Below, in pieces: positions 15,796 to 24,100 of a stretch of DNA of 30,162 nucleotides (positions are counted from its first letter, which is position 1; each line of letters starts with the position of its first letter). The translations under genes and the position numbers were made by a program. Origin of the DNA: a virus (lineage: Duplodnaviria > Caudoviricetes); the IMG/VR virus record IMGVR_UViG_3300020043_001170, positions 1 through 30,162 of that record; one strand, written 5' to 3'. The notes beneath the pieces were generated by a model. The model was given only the letters and a program-made list of their open reading frames with translations, was not told the DNA's origin and searched no databases.

Positions 15796-15826
15796 ATTGT
15801 TAATTGAAATATAATGTTTATATTTG
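15796..15826 (+). promoter_or_regulatory. Bacteroidota housekeeping-sigma promoter
   Basis: ATTG-N19-TATATTTG. Confidence 0.75.
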
Positions 15827-15850
15827 TATATAATTAAAAACGAAAACGCT

Positions 15851-16084
15851 ATGAAAAAATGCAGAACCAAAAAAGATTTAATGAATAATCCTTATGTATC
15901 GAGTATACATACCGAATATCAATATGGAGTATTTGATAATTACGACGATATATTTATATTATCGTTAAAAGGAGGTTATTGGTTTAAGGAAGAACAAGTT
16001 GGTTGTTTACACGAACCAACGATTAAAGCTTTATGTGATAGGTTTAATTCAATGACAATAAGCAAAAGAACAGACGAATTTTAA
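15851..16084 (+). CDS. Hypothetical protein (77 aa)
   Basis: ATG 15851 preferred because the 15824 start lies inside the promoter. Confidence 0.7.
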   Translation: MKKCRTKKDLMNNPYVSSIHTEYQYGVFDNYDDIFILSLKGGYWFKEEQVGCLHEPTIKALCDRFNSMTISKRTDEF

Positions 16085-16093
16085 TAAAAAAAA

Positions 16094-16119
16094 CGAGGGG
16101 TGCGACTCGGTTAACGCAC
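16094..16119 (+). promoter_or_regulatory. Compact H-type RNA pseudoknot upstream of ERF
   Basis: S1 CGAG/CTCG, S2 GTGCG/CGCAC, loops GG, A and GTTAA. Confidence 0.6.
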
Positions 16120-16136
16120 GTTTTGATTTATACGCT

Positions 16137-16655
16137 ATGAAACATTTATTTAAGTCGTTGGCAGCCTTCCAACAAGAAGTACCCGTAATTCACAAAGGGA
16201 CACAAGGCTACGGTTATTCTTACGCAGATTTACCGAAGATTTTTGAGGTGGTTAACCCGCTTCTAAAGAAACACGGATTAGGCTTTACGCAATTACTCGA
16301 TACTAAAGAAGGGATCGACTACATTTGTACGGTTATTTTTCACGTTGAAAGTGGCGAAACGTTAGAATCAAAGGTAGCTATTCCGCAAGTAGAATTAAAG
16401 GGAATGAACGATTACCAAAGTTTTGGTAGTGGTGTTACTTACTTTAGAAGATACGCTTTAAGTTCCGCGCTTGGATTAGTTACTGACAAAGACACGGACG
16501 CTTCAGGCGAACAAGTAAAGAAAAAACCTACGATCGATAACAAACGACTTGGTAAGGCCTTAGAAATGATCGCCGAAGGTAAATACACCAAGGAAGAACT
16601 AATCGAAAAGTTTGAGTTAACCGAAGGTCAAACTAAATTACTAGAAAACGTATGA
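16137..16655 (+). CDS. erf: ERF-family ssDNA annealing protein
   Basis: YSYADL..I, GL.FTQ, FHVESGE and Q..GS..TY.RRYAL....G...D.D.D motifs. Confidence 0.9.
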   Translation: MKHLFKSLAAFQQEVPVIHKGTQGYGYSYADLPKIFEVVNPLLKKHGLGFTQLLDTKEGIDYICTVIFHVESGETLESKVAIPQVELKGMNDYQSFGSGVTYFRRYALSSALGLVTDKDTDASGEQVKKKPTIDNKRLGKALEMIAEGKYTKEELIEKFELTEGQTKLLENV

Positions 16656-17323
16656 AAGTCCGATGTTCTCAAATTGGTAAGATAATGACTAACCCCCGTA
16701 AGTCGGGGGAAGTCTTATCGCAAACGGCTAAGTCTTACGTGGAAGAAATCGTATTGAAAGAAAAGTACGGAATTCGAAAAGAATTTAGTTCGCGTTACAC
16801 GGATAAAGGAAACGAAGTCGAAGAAGAATCGATCGCGCTTGTTAACGATGTTTTGAATTTTAAGTTTATTTACAAGAACGACGAACATTTTACAAACGAT
16901 TGGGTAACAGGAACTCCCGACGTAAACACGGACGAGGTATTAATAGACGTTAAAAGTTCTTGGGACGCTTCAACGTTTCCTTGGTTCGAAACTGAATTAC
17001 CTAACAAAGATTACTATTACCAACTTCAAGGTTATATGTGGTTAACGGGTAAAAACGAATCAATCTTAGCTTATTGCCTTATAGACACTCCAAGCGAAAT
17101 GGTTGAAGACGAAATTCGTAGAGCGCATTGGAAGTTTCATTTAATAGACGAATCGCAGGAACTACGCGAAGAAATCGAAGCTAAGCACAAGTTTAGCCAT
17201 ATTCCGAAAAACCGCCGTGTAAAGTATTGGTTTGTACAAAAAGACGAATCCGTAATTGAGCAAATTAAAGAACGTGTCGAACTATGCAGAGAATACTATA
17301 ACTTATTAATGCAAACGTTATGA
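16652..17323 (+). CDS. YqaJ / lambda-type exonuclease
   Basis: RCS, KGNEVE, TGTPD, DVKSSW and YYYQLQGYM motifs; adjacent to ERF. Confidence 0.85.
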   Translation: MKVRCSQIGKIMTNPRKSGEVLSQTAKSYVEEIVLKEKYGIRKEFSSRYTDKGNEVEEESIALVNDVLNFKFIYKNDEHFTNDWVTGTPDVNTDEVLIDVKSSWDASTFPWFETELPNKDYYYQLQGYMWLTGKNESILAYCLIDTPSEMVEDEIRRAHWKFHLIDESQELREEIEAKHKFSHIPKNRRVKYWFVQKDESVIEQIKERVELCREYYNLLMQTL

Positions 17324-17535
17324 ACATAACACACGATCAAGAACCAATTAAACACGAAGACACTATTTTAATTTCCGTAATGACCAAATACCACGAACGA
17401 AGTAAACGAGGGATACGAAAATACGGAACTAACCTAGACCGAAAAGACGTGGATTTAATTGGGTGGCTTAACCACCTGCAGGAAGAACTTATGGACGCTA
17501 CTCTTTACATAGAAAAACTTAAAAAAGAAATATGA
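17320..17535 (+). CDS. Small all-alpha protein, MazG-like EE-x-x-D motif
   Basis: GIRKYGT.L.R...WL.HLQEELMDA.LY. Confidence 0.55.
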   Translation: MNITHDQEPIKHEDTILISVMTKYHERSKRGIRKYGTNLDRKDVDLIGWLNHLQEELMDATLYIEKLKKEI

Positions 17536-17753
17536 AAGCAACACTTGAATTTAACTTACCTGAAGAAGACGCGGAATACTATTGCGCAACTAAAGGACAA
17601 GCTATGTTAAACGTTCTTTGGGAAATGCAAACGGAACTACGTAAGCTATGGAAATACGAAGAACTAAATGCAGACGAATACCAAATGGTTGAACGCATAC
17701 AAGAAACGTTTTTTAATAGCCTACAAGAACACGAAATAAATTTAAATAAATAA
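17532..17753 (+). CDS. Hypothetical protein
   Basis: 73 aa, ATGA-coupled. Confidence 0.7.
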   Translation: MKATLEFNLPEEDAEYYCATKGQAMLNVLWEMQTELRKLWKYEELNADEYQMVERIQETFFNSLQEHEINLNK

Positions 17754-17756
17754 CAA

Positions 17757-17996
17757 ATGGAAACAAAAAACAACACGGGAGCGATTTTTAAAAACGACAA
17801 AAAGACGAACGAAAAACAACCCGACTACCGAGGAAAAGTAAACGTAAACGGAAAAGAAATGGAAATAGCCTTATGGCTTAAAGAATCTTCGAAAGGAACT
17901 AAATACTTTTCGTGTTCATTTTCCGAACCATACGTGAACGAATCCCCGAAACAAGTCCACACGCAAATAATTGAAAAAGACGATTTACCTTTTTAA
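17757..17996 (+). CDS. Small ssDNA-binding protein (DUF736-like) with SSB-type acidic tail
   Basis: GAIFKN..K...PDYRG, W.K.S.KG.KY.S; C-terminal DDLPF. Confidence 0.7.
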   Translation: METKNNTGAIFKNDKKTNEKQPDYRGKVNVNGKEMEIALWLKESSKGTKYFSCSFSEPYVNESPKQVHTQIIEKDDLPF

Positions 17997-17997
17997 T

Positions 17998-18213
17998 ATG
18001 TTTATAGACGATTACTCCTTACGAGGTTACTTGCGCAAGATTCTCGAAACAAAAACACGGAATCAAATAGTAACCGAAATAAAAGAACGAGGACACAAAA
18101 TGCACCAATACAACTTAGATAGGTTTTTACTTGGTAAACCTGTAAGCCTTGAAACTGCAAAGAAGTTAGACGCGTTTGTTTATCGTTTTTACAATGGATT
18201 GCCACCCGAATAA
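17998..18213 (+). CDS. Small HTH-like protein (71 aa)
   Basis: ATG 17998 just after the SSB stop; QYNLDRFLLGKPVSLET..KL resembles a Cro/XRE fold. Confidence 0.55.
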   Translation: MFIDDYSLRGYLRKILETKTRNQIVTEIKERGHKMHQYNLDRFLLGKPVSLETAKKLDAFVYRFYNGLPPE

Positions 18214-18227
18214 GGTGGCTTTTTTTT
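18201..18227 (+). terminator. Intrinsic terminator ending the recombination operon
   Basis: GCCACC-N7-GGTGGC-T8. Confidence 0.85.
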
Positions 18228-18231
18228 ATGT

Positions 18232-18264
18232 TTTGTTGTGATTAAAAATTAATCATTATATTTG
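18232..18264 (+). promoter_or_regulatory. Bacteroidota housekeeping-sigma promoter for the sigma-factor gene
   Basis: TTTG-N21-TATATTTG. Confidence 0.8.
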
Positions 18265-18280
18265 ACAACAAACTAAGCGT

Positions 18281-18811
18281 ATGGAATGGCTTAAAGACGT
18301 GGCAAAAGACCACAAAGAATGGGTAAAATTAGTAAAGAGTTTCGGCGAAGATTTATACGCTGAGGACTTGGTGCAAGAATGTTATCTAAGATTATACAAA
18401 TACACGAAACCTGAAAACGTAATAACAAATGGGCAAATCAACAAAGGATTTATGTACTTCACTCTTCGTAATATGTACCTTTATGCTATTCGTAACAAAG
18501 GAAAATTTGAAGGCTTTGATATTGAGGCGATACAAATAAAAGATGAACCAAGCCAATTAGATAAACACGAAGCCTATCTAAAGATATTGGGTAAGATAGA
18601 AAACGAAGTGGACTCGTGGCATTGGTACGATCAAAAATTATTTGAACTCTACCGCGACACGGATTTAAGTATAAGGGATATTGCAGCCGAAACTAAAATA
18701 AGTTCAAGTAGTATTTTTAACACGCTCAAGAACTGCAAACAAAAAATAAGGATAGCCGTTGGGGAAGATTACACGGACTACAAAAATGAAGATTTTGAAT
18801 TAATTAAATAA
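18281..18811 (+). CDS. Phage-encoded ECF-type sigma-70 factor (probable late activator)
   Basis: Region 2 AEDLVQE.YLR...Y..LRN; region 4 SIRDIAAETKIS.SSI.NT. Confidence 0.8.
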   Translation: MEWLKDVAKDHKEWVKLVKSFGEDLYAEDLVQECYLRLYKYTKPENVITNGQINKGFMYFTLRNMYLYAIRNKGKFEGFDIEAIQIKDEPSQLDKHEAYLKILGKIENEVDSWHWYDQKLFELYRDTDLSIRDIAAETKISSSSIFNTLKNCKQKIRIAVGEDYTDYKNEDFELIK

Positions 18812-18815
18812 CTTT

Positions 18816-18998
18816 ATGAAACACGTATTAAAAGTATTAAACGAAGAATTAAAACAGCGCAAAATAAGAGCGGCTGAATGGTATGATAGATATAATAAAC
18901 TTTACGAAGATTACCACGATTTAAAAAAAGAAAACGAAATTTTAAGAAAAGATTTATTCGAATTAAGTCAAGAATACTTTAACAATAAAAATAAATAG
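18816..18998 (+). CDS. Coiled-coil hypothetical protein
   Basis: 60-aa ORF, tightly packed. Confidence 0.65.
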   Translation: MKHVLKVLNEELKQRKIRAAEWYDRYNKLYEDYHDLKKENEILRKDLFELSQEYFNNKNK

Positions 18999-19000
18999 TT

Positions 19001-19396
19001 ATGGGAAGACCAAGAAAAAAACAAGCGGAAGGATTAGGAGATACCGTTGAAAACATTTTAGAAGCAACGGGAATCGCAAAGGTAGCTAAATGGGTAATGG
19101 GCGAAGATTGCGGATGCGAAGAACGTAAAGCAAAACTAAACGAACTTTGGAGATACAAGAAACCTGAATGCCTAACGGAAGACGAATACGCATACTTAGA
19201 TACTTTTTACAATCGCGGTAGAAGTAGTGTAAGTCCAAGCGAACAACGCGAAATCTTAAAGATTTACAATCGAGTTTTACACGAAAAACAACAACCTACT
19301 TCGTGCGGTTCGTGTCTACGTGAAATAGTAAACAAACTTAATCAACTTTACGCCGTTTATAAAGCCGAACAAGATGCCAATACCGAAGCCGAATAA
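19001..19396 (+). CDS. Cys-containing hypothetical protein (possible Zn binding)
   Basis: GLGDTVE...DCGCEERK...SCGSC; N-terminal GRPRK AT-hook-like motif. Confidence 0.75.
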   Translation: MGRPRKKQAEGLGDTVENILEATGIAKVAKWVMGEDCGCEERKAKLNELWRYKKPECLTEDEYAYLDTFYNRGRSSVSPSEQREILKIYNRVLHEKQQPTSCGSCLREIVNKLNQLYAVYKAEQDANTEAE

Positions 19397-19556
19397 AGAC
19401 GAATCTAAAAAAGAATTCGTACAACGTTGTATGGTAGACGATGTAATGGTAAAAGAATACGATAACACCGACCAACGTTTGGCTATTTGTTCGTCTACTT
19501 ATGAAGAAAACTTATCAAAACACGAAAACAATGGGAAGACCGTTAGGAAGCACTAA
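19374..19556 (+). CDS. Small hypothetical protein (PIPKP..DE...F..RC...QR.AIC)
   Basis: 60-aa ORF directly before the terminase small subunit. Confidence 0.65.
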   Translation: MPIPKPNKDESKKEFVQRCMVDDVMVKEYDNTDQRLAICSSTYEENLSKHENNGKTVRKH

Positions 19557-19980
19557 GATACAATCCCCCGAACACCTATGGGATTTATTCACTGAGTACA
19601 AAAGACAAGTAAAGCAAAACCCAATCCTTAAACATACTTTTGTCGGTAAGGAAGGAAGAAGCGAATATAGCGAATTAGAACGTCCGTTAACAATAGAAGG
19701 CTTTGAATGTTACTGCGCGGACTTGGGCGTTATAGGCGATTTAAGCCACTATTTCGCAAACACGAACGGAAGGTATAAAAGATTTTTAACTATCGCTACA
19801 CGCATACGCAAGGAAGTTCGTAACGACCAAATCGGTGGCGGTATGGCAGGAATATATAACTCAAGCATTACGGCGCGTCTAAACAACTTGGTAGAGAAAA
19901 AAGAAATTACAAACGTAGAACAACCATTATTCCCCGATGTTCAGGAAGACAACGGCAATCAAGAAGATACTGAATCTTAA
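19531..19980 (+). CDS. terS: Terminase small subunit (P22 gp3-like DNA-packaging protein)
   Basis: MGRP start; P.TIEGF..Y; Q..G.M.G.YN..I..R; immediately upstream of terL; 19501 is an alternative start. Confidence 0.75.
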   Translation: MGRPLGSTKIQSPEHLWDLFTEYKRQVKQNPILKHTFVGKEGRSEYSELERPLTIEGFECYCADLGVIGDLSHYFANTNGRYKRFLTIATRIRKEVRNDQIGGGMAGIYNSSITARLNNLVEKKEITNVEQPLFPDVQEDNGNQEDTES

Positions 19981-21097
19981 AAAACGAATTAAGATTATTC
20001 AAGGTGGAACTTCGGCAGGTAAGACGTTTGGAATTCTACCCGTATTAATTGACCGAGCCGCACGAACCGAAGGAATAGAAATAAGCGTAGTTGCAGAAAC
20101 AATCCCCCATTTAAGACGGGGTGCGTTAAAGGACTTCTTAAAGATAATGAAGTGGACGGGCAGATTCTTCGAGGATAGGTTTAACAAATCTTTACTGCGT
20201 TATGAGTTCGCAAATGGTTCGGTAATTGAATTCTTTTCAGCGGATGACTCAAGTAAACTCCGTGGAGCGCGTCGCGACATTCTCTATATTAACGAATGTA
20301 ATAACGTAACGTTTGACGCTTACAACGAACTTGCTATAAGAACACGAAAGGAAGTTTATTTAGATTTCAACCCTGCTAACGAATTTTGGGTACACACCGA
20401 ACTAAAAGACGAACCCGATTCGGACTTTTTAATTCTTACTTACAAAGATAACGAAGCCTTAGACCAAAGCATAGTAGAACAAATCGAAAAGAACCGCGAC
20501 AAAGCAAAGACCTCAAGTTATTGGGCGAATTGGTGGAAGGTTTACGGCGAAGGTCAACTTGGAATGCTAGAAGGTGTTGTTTTCAGTAATTGGAAAACTA
20601 TCGACACTATACCAAAAGAAGCGCGGTTATTGGGAATCGGACTTGACTTCGGTTATACAAACGACCCTACCGCAGTTATAGAAGTTTACGCATACAATAA
20701 TCAAAGAATAGTAAACCAAATTGTTTACCAAAACGGCTTAGTAAATAGCGAGATAGCGAAGCGTCTACCGAAAAACGTAATAGTATATGCTGATAGTTCC
20801 GAACCGAAATCAATCGAAGAAATAAGACGTTTAGGAATAACGATTAAAGGAGTAACAAAGGGTAAGGATTCGATTAACTACGGAATCGATGTAATGCAAC
20901 GACAAAACTATTTAGTAACAAGTCAAAGCGTGGATTTAATCAAAGAACTTCGTTCGTATATTTGGGATACGGATAAGACAGGAAGAAGGTTAAACAAGCC
21001 AATCGACTTTAATAACCACGCAATAGATGCACTACGTTATCACGAAATGGAAACTTTAGGAATAGGCGCAACATACGGAAGCTATGCAATACGATAA
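19937..21097 (+). CDS. terL: Terminase large subunit (PBSX-like)
   Basis: QGGTSAGKT, LRG, ILYINE, DFNP, GLDFGY.NDP, ADS.EP and NHAIDALRY motifs. Confidence 0.95.
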   Translation: MFRKTTAIKKILNLKKRIKIIQGGTSAGKTFGILPVLIDRAARTEGIEISVVAETIPHLRRGALKDFLKIMKWTGRFFEDRFNKSLLRYEFANGSVIEFFSADDSSKLRGARRDILYINECNNVTFDAYNELAIRTRKEVYLDFNPANEFWVHTELKDEPDSDFLILTYKDNEALDQSIVEQIEKNRDKAKTSSYWANWWKVYGEGQLGMLEGVVFSNWKTIDTIPKEARLLGIGLDFGYTNDPTAVIEVYAYNNQRIVNQIVYQNGLVNSEIAKRLPKNVIVYADSSEPKSIEEIRRLGITIKGVTKGKDSINYGIDVMQRQNYLVTSQSVDLIKELRSYIWDTDKTGRRLNKPIDFNNHAIDALRYHEMETLGIGATYGSYAIR

Positions 21098-21266
21098 AAC
21101 CAACGATATGCAAGTAATGATTTCTCGAGTAGAATCTTACATATACGAACGAACGGGCAAACGAGTTCGAATAGTGTTTAACAATATGGCACGATTTACC
21201 GCTCACTTTGATATGCTTATTAAGGCACACGAACACGTTATGAATTACAAAAACACGAATAAATAA
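21084..21266 (+). CDS. Hypothetical protein
   Basis: 60-aa ORF overlapping the terL end. Confidence 0.6.
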   Translation: MQYDKTNDMQVMISRVESYIYERTGKRVRIVFNNMARFTAHFDMLIKAHEHVMNYKNTNK

Positions 21267-21279
21267 TTATAACTATATG
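21244..21279 (+). promoter_or_regulatory. Putative late promoter, ATTACA-N14-TAATTAT-N6-ATG
   Basis: Same spacing as the other copies; heads the tail operon. Confidence 0.55.
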
Positions 21280-22014
21280 AAGTTAGAAATAACCGTACCG
21301 AGTTCAATTAGCGAAATCCCTTTAGTGAACTATCAAAAGTTCCTGAAGTTGCAGCAATCGTCAAACGATGAGGAATTTATCGCTCAAAAAATGATTGAGA
21401 TATTTTGCGGTATAGAACTAAAGGATGTTGTTAAAATGAAACTAACAAGCGTTAACGACTTAATAATTCACTTTAAAAATATATTCGCGGAAAAACCAAA
21501 GTTTAAGCCTACGTTCAAAATTAAAGATATTGAATTTGGGTTTATTACCGATCTTGAAAATATAAGTTTCGGGGAATACGTCGACTTAGACAACTACTTA
21601 GCGAAATGGGACGATTTCCACAAAGCTATGGCAGTAATGTATAGACCTATTAAAATTAAAGACGGAGAAAAATACGAAATAATAGAGTACAATGGCGCAG
21701 GAGAATACGGCGAGTTAATGAAGTTCGCGCCAATGGACGTAGCAATTTCGGCTTCGGTTTTTTTTTGGACTTTAGGAAGCGAGTTATTAAGCGCTACCCT
21801 AAATTATTTAGAGATGGAGTTGAAGAAGATGAGCGAGACCGAACAAGCGACTTTAGCGCACGAACTCAATTCGGTAAAAAATGGGGTTGGTATAGTTCAA
21901 TCTACGGACTTGCTAAAGGCGACCTTACACGATATGACGAAGTTACTAAATACGGATTATATAAATGTCTTACCTATCTCACGTTCGAAGCAGAAAAAAA
22001 CGAAATCGAATTAA
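21277..22014 (+). CDS. Virion assembly protein, possible tail assembly chaperone (0-frame product)
   Basis: 245 aa; ISFGEYVDLD and MAVMYRP motifs; contains the G-T9 slippery site at VFF. Confidence 0.7.
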   Translation: MKLEITVPSSISEIPLVNYQKFLKLQQSSNDEEFIAQKMIEIFCGIELKDVVKMKLTSVNDLIIHFKNIFAEKPKFKPTFKIKDIEFGFITDLENISFGEYVDLDNYLAKWDDFHKAMAVMYRPIKIKDGEKYEIIEYNGAGEYGELMKFAPMDVAISASVFFWTLGSELLSATLNYLEMELKKMSETEQATLAHELNSVKNGVGIVQSTDLLKATLHDMTKLLNTDYINVLPISRSKQKKTKSN

Positions 22015-22040
22015 TGGAAATTAAAAAGAATAACAAATGA
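21765..22040 (+). CDS. -1 frame extension of the 21277 gene (~254-aa fusion)
   Basis: Begins at the T9 run in the -1 frame; protein-like KWGWY..IY.LA.GD...DEVT; its stop is ATGA-coupled to 22037. Confidence 0.7.
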   Translation: MDFRKRVIKRYPKLFRDGVEEDERDRTSDFSARTQFGKKWGWYSSIYGLAKGDLTRYDEVTKYGLYKCLTYLTFEAEKNEIELMEIKKNNK

Positions 22041-22492
22041 ACGGATACTACTCACTATTAAACGAACTTAATACCCACTTTACTTCCGACCCGTTAGTGA
22101 ACACGATAACGCAGGGTTCGATATTTAACGTGGACTTAGGCAAACAAAACTTATTCCCGTTGGTGCATATAATGGTTAACCAAGTTACGTTTAATGACAA
22201 CGTAATAACTGCGAACGTAACGTTAATGGCTATGGATAACGTAAGCCAACGAAAAGAAGAACCTACCACAAAGTTCGAAACTGCGGACAACGAAATAGAT
22301 GTTCTAAATACGCAGTTAGCAATCTTAAACCGAGCGTTTGAAATGCTTAAACACGGGAATATATGGGACAACCTTTACCACTTAAATGGTTCTCCTGTAT
22401 GCGAACCTTTTATAGAACGCTTTGAGAATTACTTAGCAGGTTGGGCAATGACTTTCGACGTTGACTTCCCTAATGATATGACACGCTGCTAA
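22037..22492 (+). CDS. Putative tail terminator / completion protein
   Basis: 151 aa acidic; FPLVHI and EPF.ERF...AGW motifs; position in the tail operon. Confidence 0.6.
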   Translation: MNGYYSLLNELNTHFTSDPLVNTITQGSIFNVDLGKQNLFPLVHIMVNQVTFNDNVITANVTLMAMDNVSQRKEEPTTKFETADNEIDVLNTQLAILNRAFEMLKHGNIWDNLYHLNGSPVCEPFIERFENYLAGWAMTFDVDFPNDMTRC

Positions 22493-23025
22493 TGGAAAAG
22501 GAGTTACAACTTAAAGCACTCGAGGAATTTCGCGACTATGTAATAGCCAAGGCGAAAAGCAACCTACGCAGTAAAAACGCTTCGGGTAAACTTAAACAAT
22601 CGTTAGGCGCAGAAATTAAGGTAATGCCGAATTCAATTCGTTTCTTTTTTGAAATGGAAGAATACGGATTTTATCAAGACCAAGGAGTTCGCGGTGTAAA
22701 AAGCGGACGAAGTTTAAGCGGATTTAAGTTCGGTTCGGGAACGGGTAAAAAAGGCGGGTTAACGGAAGGTATTAAAAAATGGGTTAAGCAAAGACGAATC
22801 CAATTCCGAGACGACAAAGGAAGGTTCTTAAGTTCTAACGCTACGGCAATGATTATAACGCGATCAATATGGCAAAAAGGTATTAAGCCTTCGATGTTTT
22901 TTACCAAGCCGTTTAAGTACGCATTTAAGAACTTGCCTAACGAATTAATAGACGCTTACGGACTTGAGGCACAAGAAACTTTTGATACGATAATGAAAGA
23001 AAATTTTAAAAATTATGGCTACTAA
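22492..23025 (+). CDS. Putative tail completion protein (HK97 gp10-like)
   Basis: Basic; ASG.L..S, Y....DQG and I...GIKP..FF patterns. Confidence 0.6.
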   Translation: MEKELQLKALEEFRDYVIAKAKSNLRSKNASGKLKQSLGAEIKVMPNSIRFFFEMEEYGFYQDQGVRGVKSGRSLSGFKFGSGTGKKGGLTEGIKKWVKQRRIQFRDDKGRFLSSNATAMIITRSIWQKGIKPSMFFTKPFKYAFKNLPNELIDAYGLEAQETFDTIMKENFKNYGY

Positions 23026-24100
23026 TATTTACGCACGTTCCCCATTTATAATTGAGGTTAACGAAGTAGGACAAAGCGGAAGTAAAGTCGAACTTTACAT
23101 TTATCCGAACGGAACAACCCCACCGACTTCGCCAAGCTACACACTTGAAAAGTTGATTCCTGCGAGTAACAATACACAAACACTTTATAACATTTCTCCG
23201 TATTTACTTGAGAACATAACCCACGATGCTTTTATAAACAATTACGCAACTGATTCGGCTTTACTGAATGTTAATCAATACGTAATGGTTGACGTAAAAC
23301 GATATAAGTTAGTTTTAAGTACTTACGTTTTGTTGGATACGTTTACGTACCGAGCATTTGACGGCTACGGATATTATTCGGAAGGTATGAACCCAATGCA
23401 GTTGGAAAATTACCACCTAGAAGAAAAGAATTATTACTATTGGGCAGACACAAATAACAACCCTTTGGTTAATCCACTTGAACGCGCAGGAACGTTTACG
23501 GCTTATTTACCAACGGGTTACACCGTAGAATACGAGCAACTTCAAACGGGTTTAACGCATTCGTATACAATTACTTCGGATAACGTTTATAATCTTTACC
23601 GAGTAAGACCCGCGTATTATTTGACGGGTAATATCTTACGAATTAAATTAGGCGCTGCGATTGTTTGGGAATCTACTTTTTACCCAATGGAAGAATGTTT
23701 GTACACTCCCGTAGTGATTGACTTCATAAACAAGTATGGCGCTTGGCAGCGTGAATTTATGTTTAAGGCTTCGTTTGAAAGTTTAACTACTTCGGCAACC
23801 GAGTTTAACTTAATGCAAGAATTCTCAAGTCCGTTTGCAAGTTACAACACGAACCTAAACCAACGACAAACGTTTAACACAAACGGGTTAATATCTTACC
23901 GTACTAACACGGGTTGGGTTGACGAATCTTTTAACTCAAACATTCAGCAATTACTTTTAAGCGAACGAATTTTATTAGACGGAGTTCCTGTTAAAATGAA
24001 AACAAAGGAATTCGAAAAACAAAAGAACATAAACAACAAGAAAATAAATTACGTTCTTGAGTTCGAAAGTTCAACCGACCTTATAAATAACGTTATCTAA
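23015..24100 (+). CDS. Minor tail / distal tail protein
   Basis: 361 aa, beta-rich; F.NKYG.W, NTGWV.E and LLLSE motifs. Confidence 0.6.
   Translation: MATNIYARSPFIIEVNEVGQSGSKVELYIYPNGTTPPTSPSYTLEKLIPASNNTQTLYNISPYLLENITHDAFINNYATDSALLNVNQYVMVDVKRYKLVLSTYVLLDTFTYRAFDGYGYYSEGMNPMQLENYHLEEKNYYYWADTNNNPLVNPLERAGTFTAYLPTGYTVEYEQLQTGLTHSYTITSDNVYNLYRVRPAYYLTGNILRIKLGAAIVWESTFYPMEECLYTPVVIDFINKYGAWQREFMFKASFESLTTSATEFNLMQEFSSPFASYNTNLNQRQTFNTNGLISYRTNTGWVDESFNSNIQQLLLSERILLDGVPVKMKTKEFEKQKNINNKKINYVLEFESSTDLINNVI

Noticed and set aside
19937-21097. Walker B reading YINE instead of hhhhDE as a sign of inactive terminase
   Set aside because: Catalytic Glu and all other motifs are intact; I recall NE variants in this terminase group, unverified here
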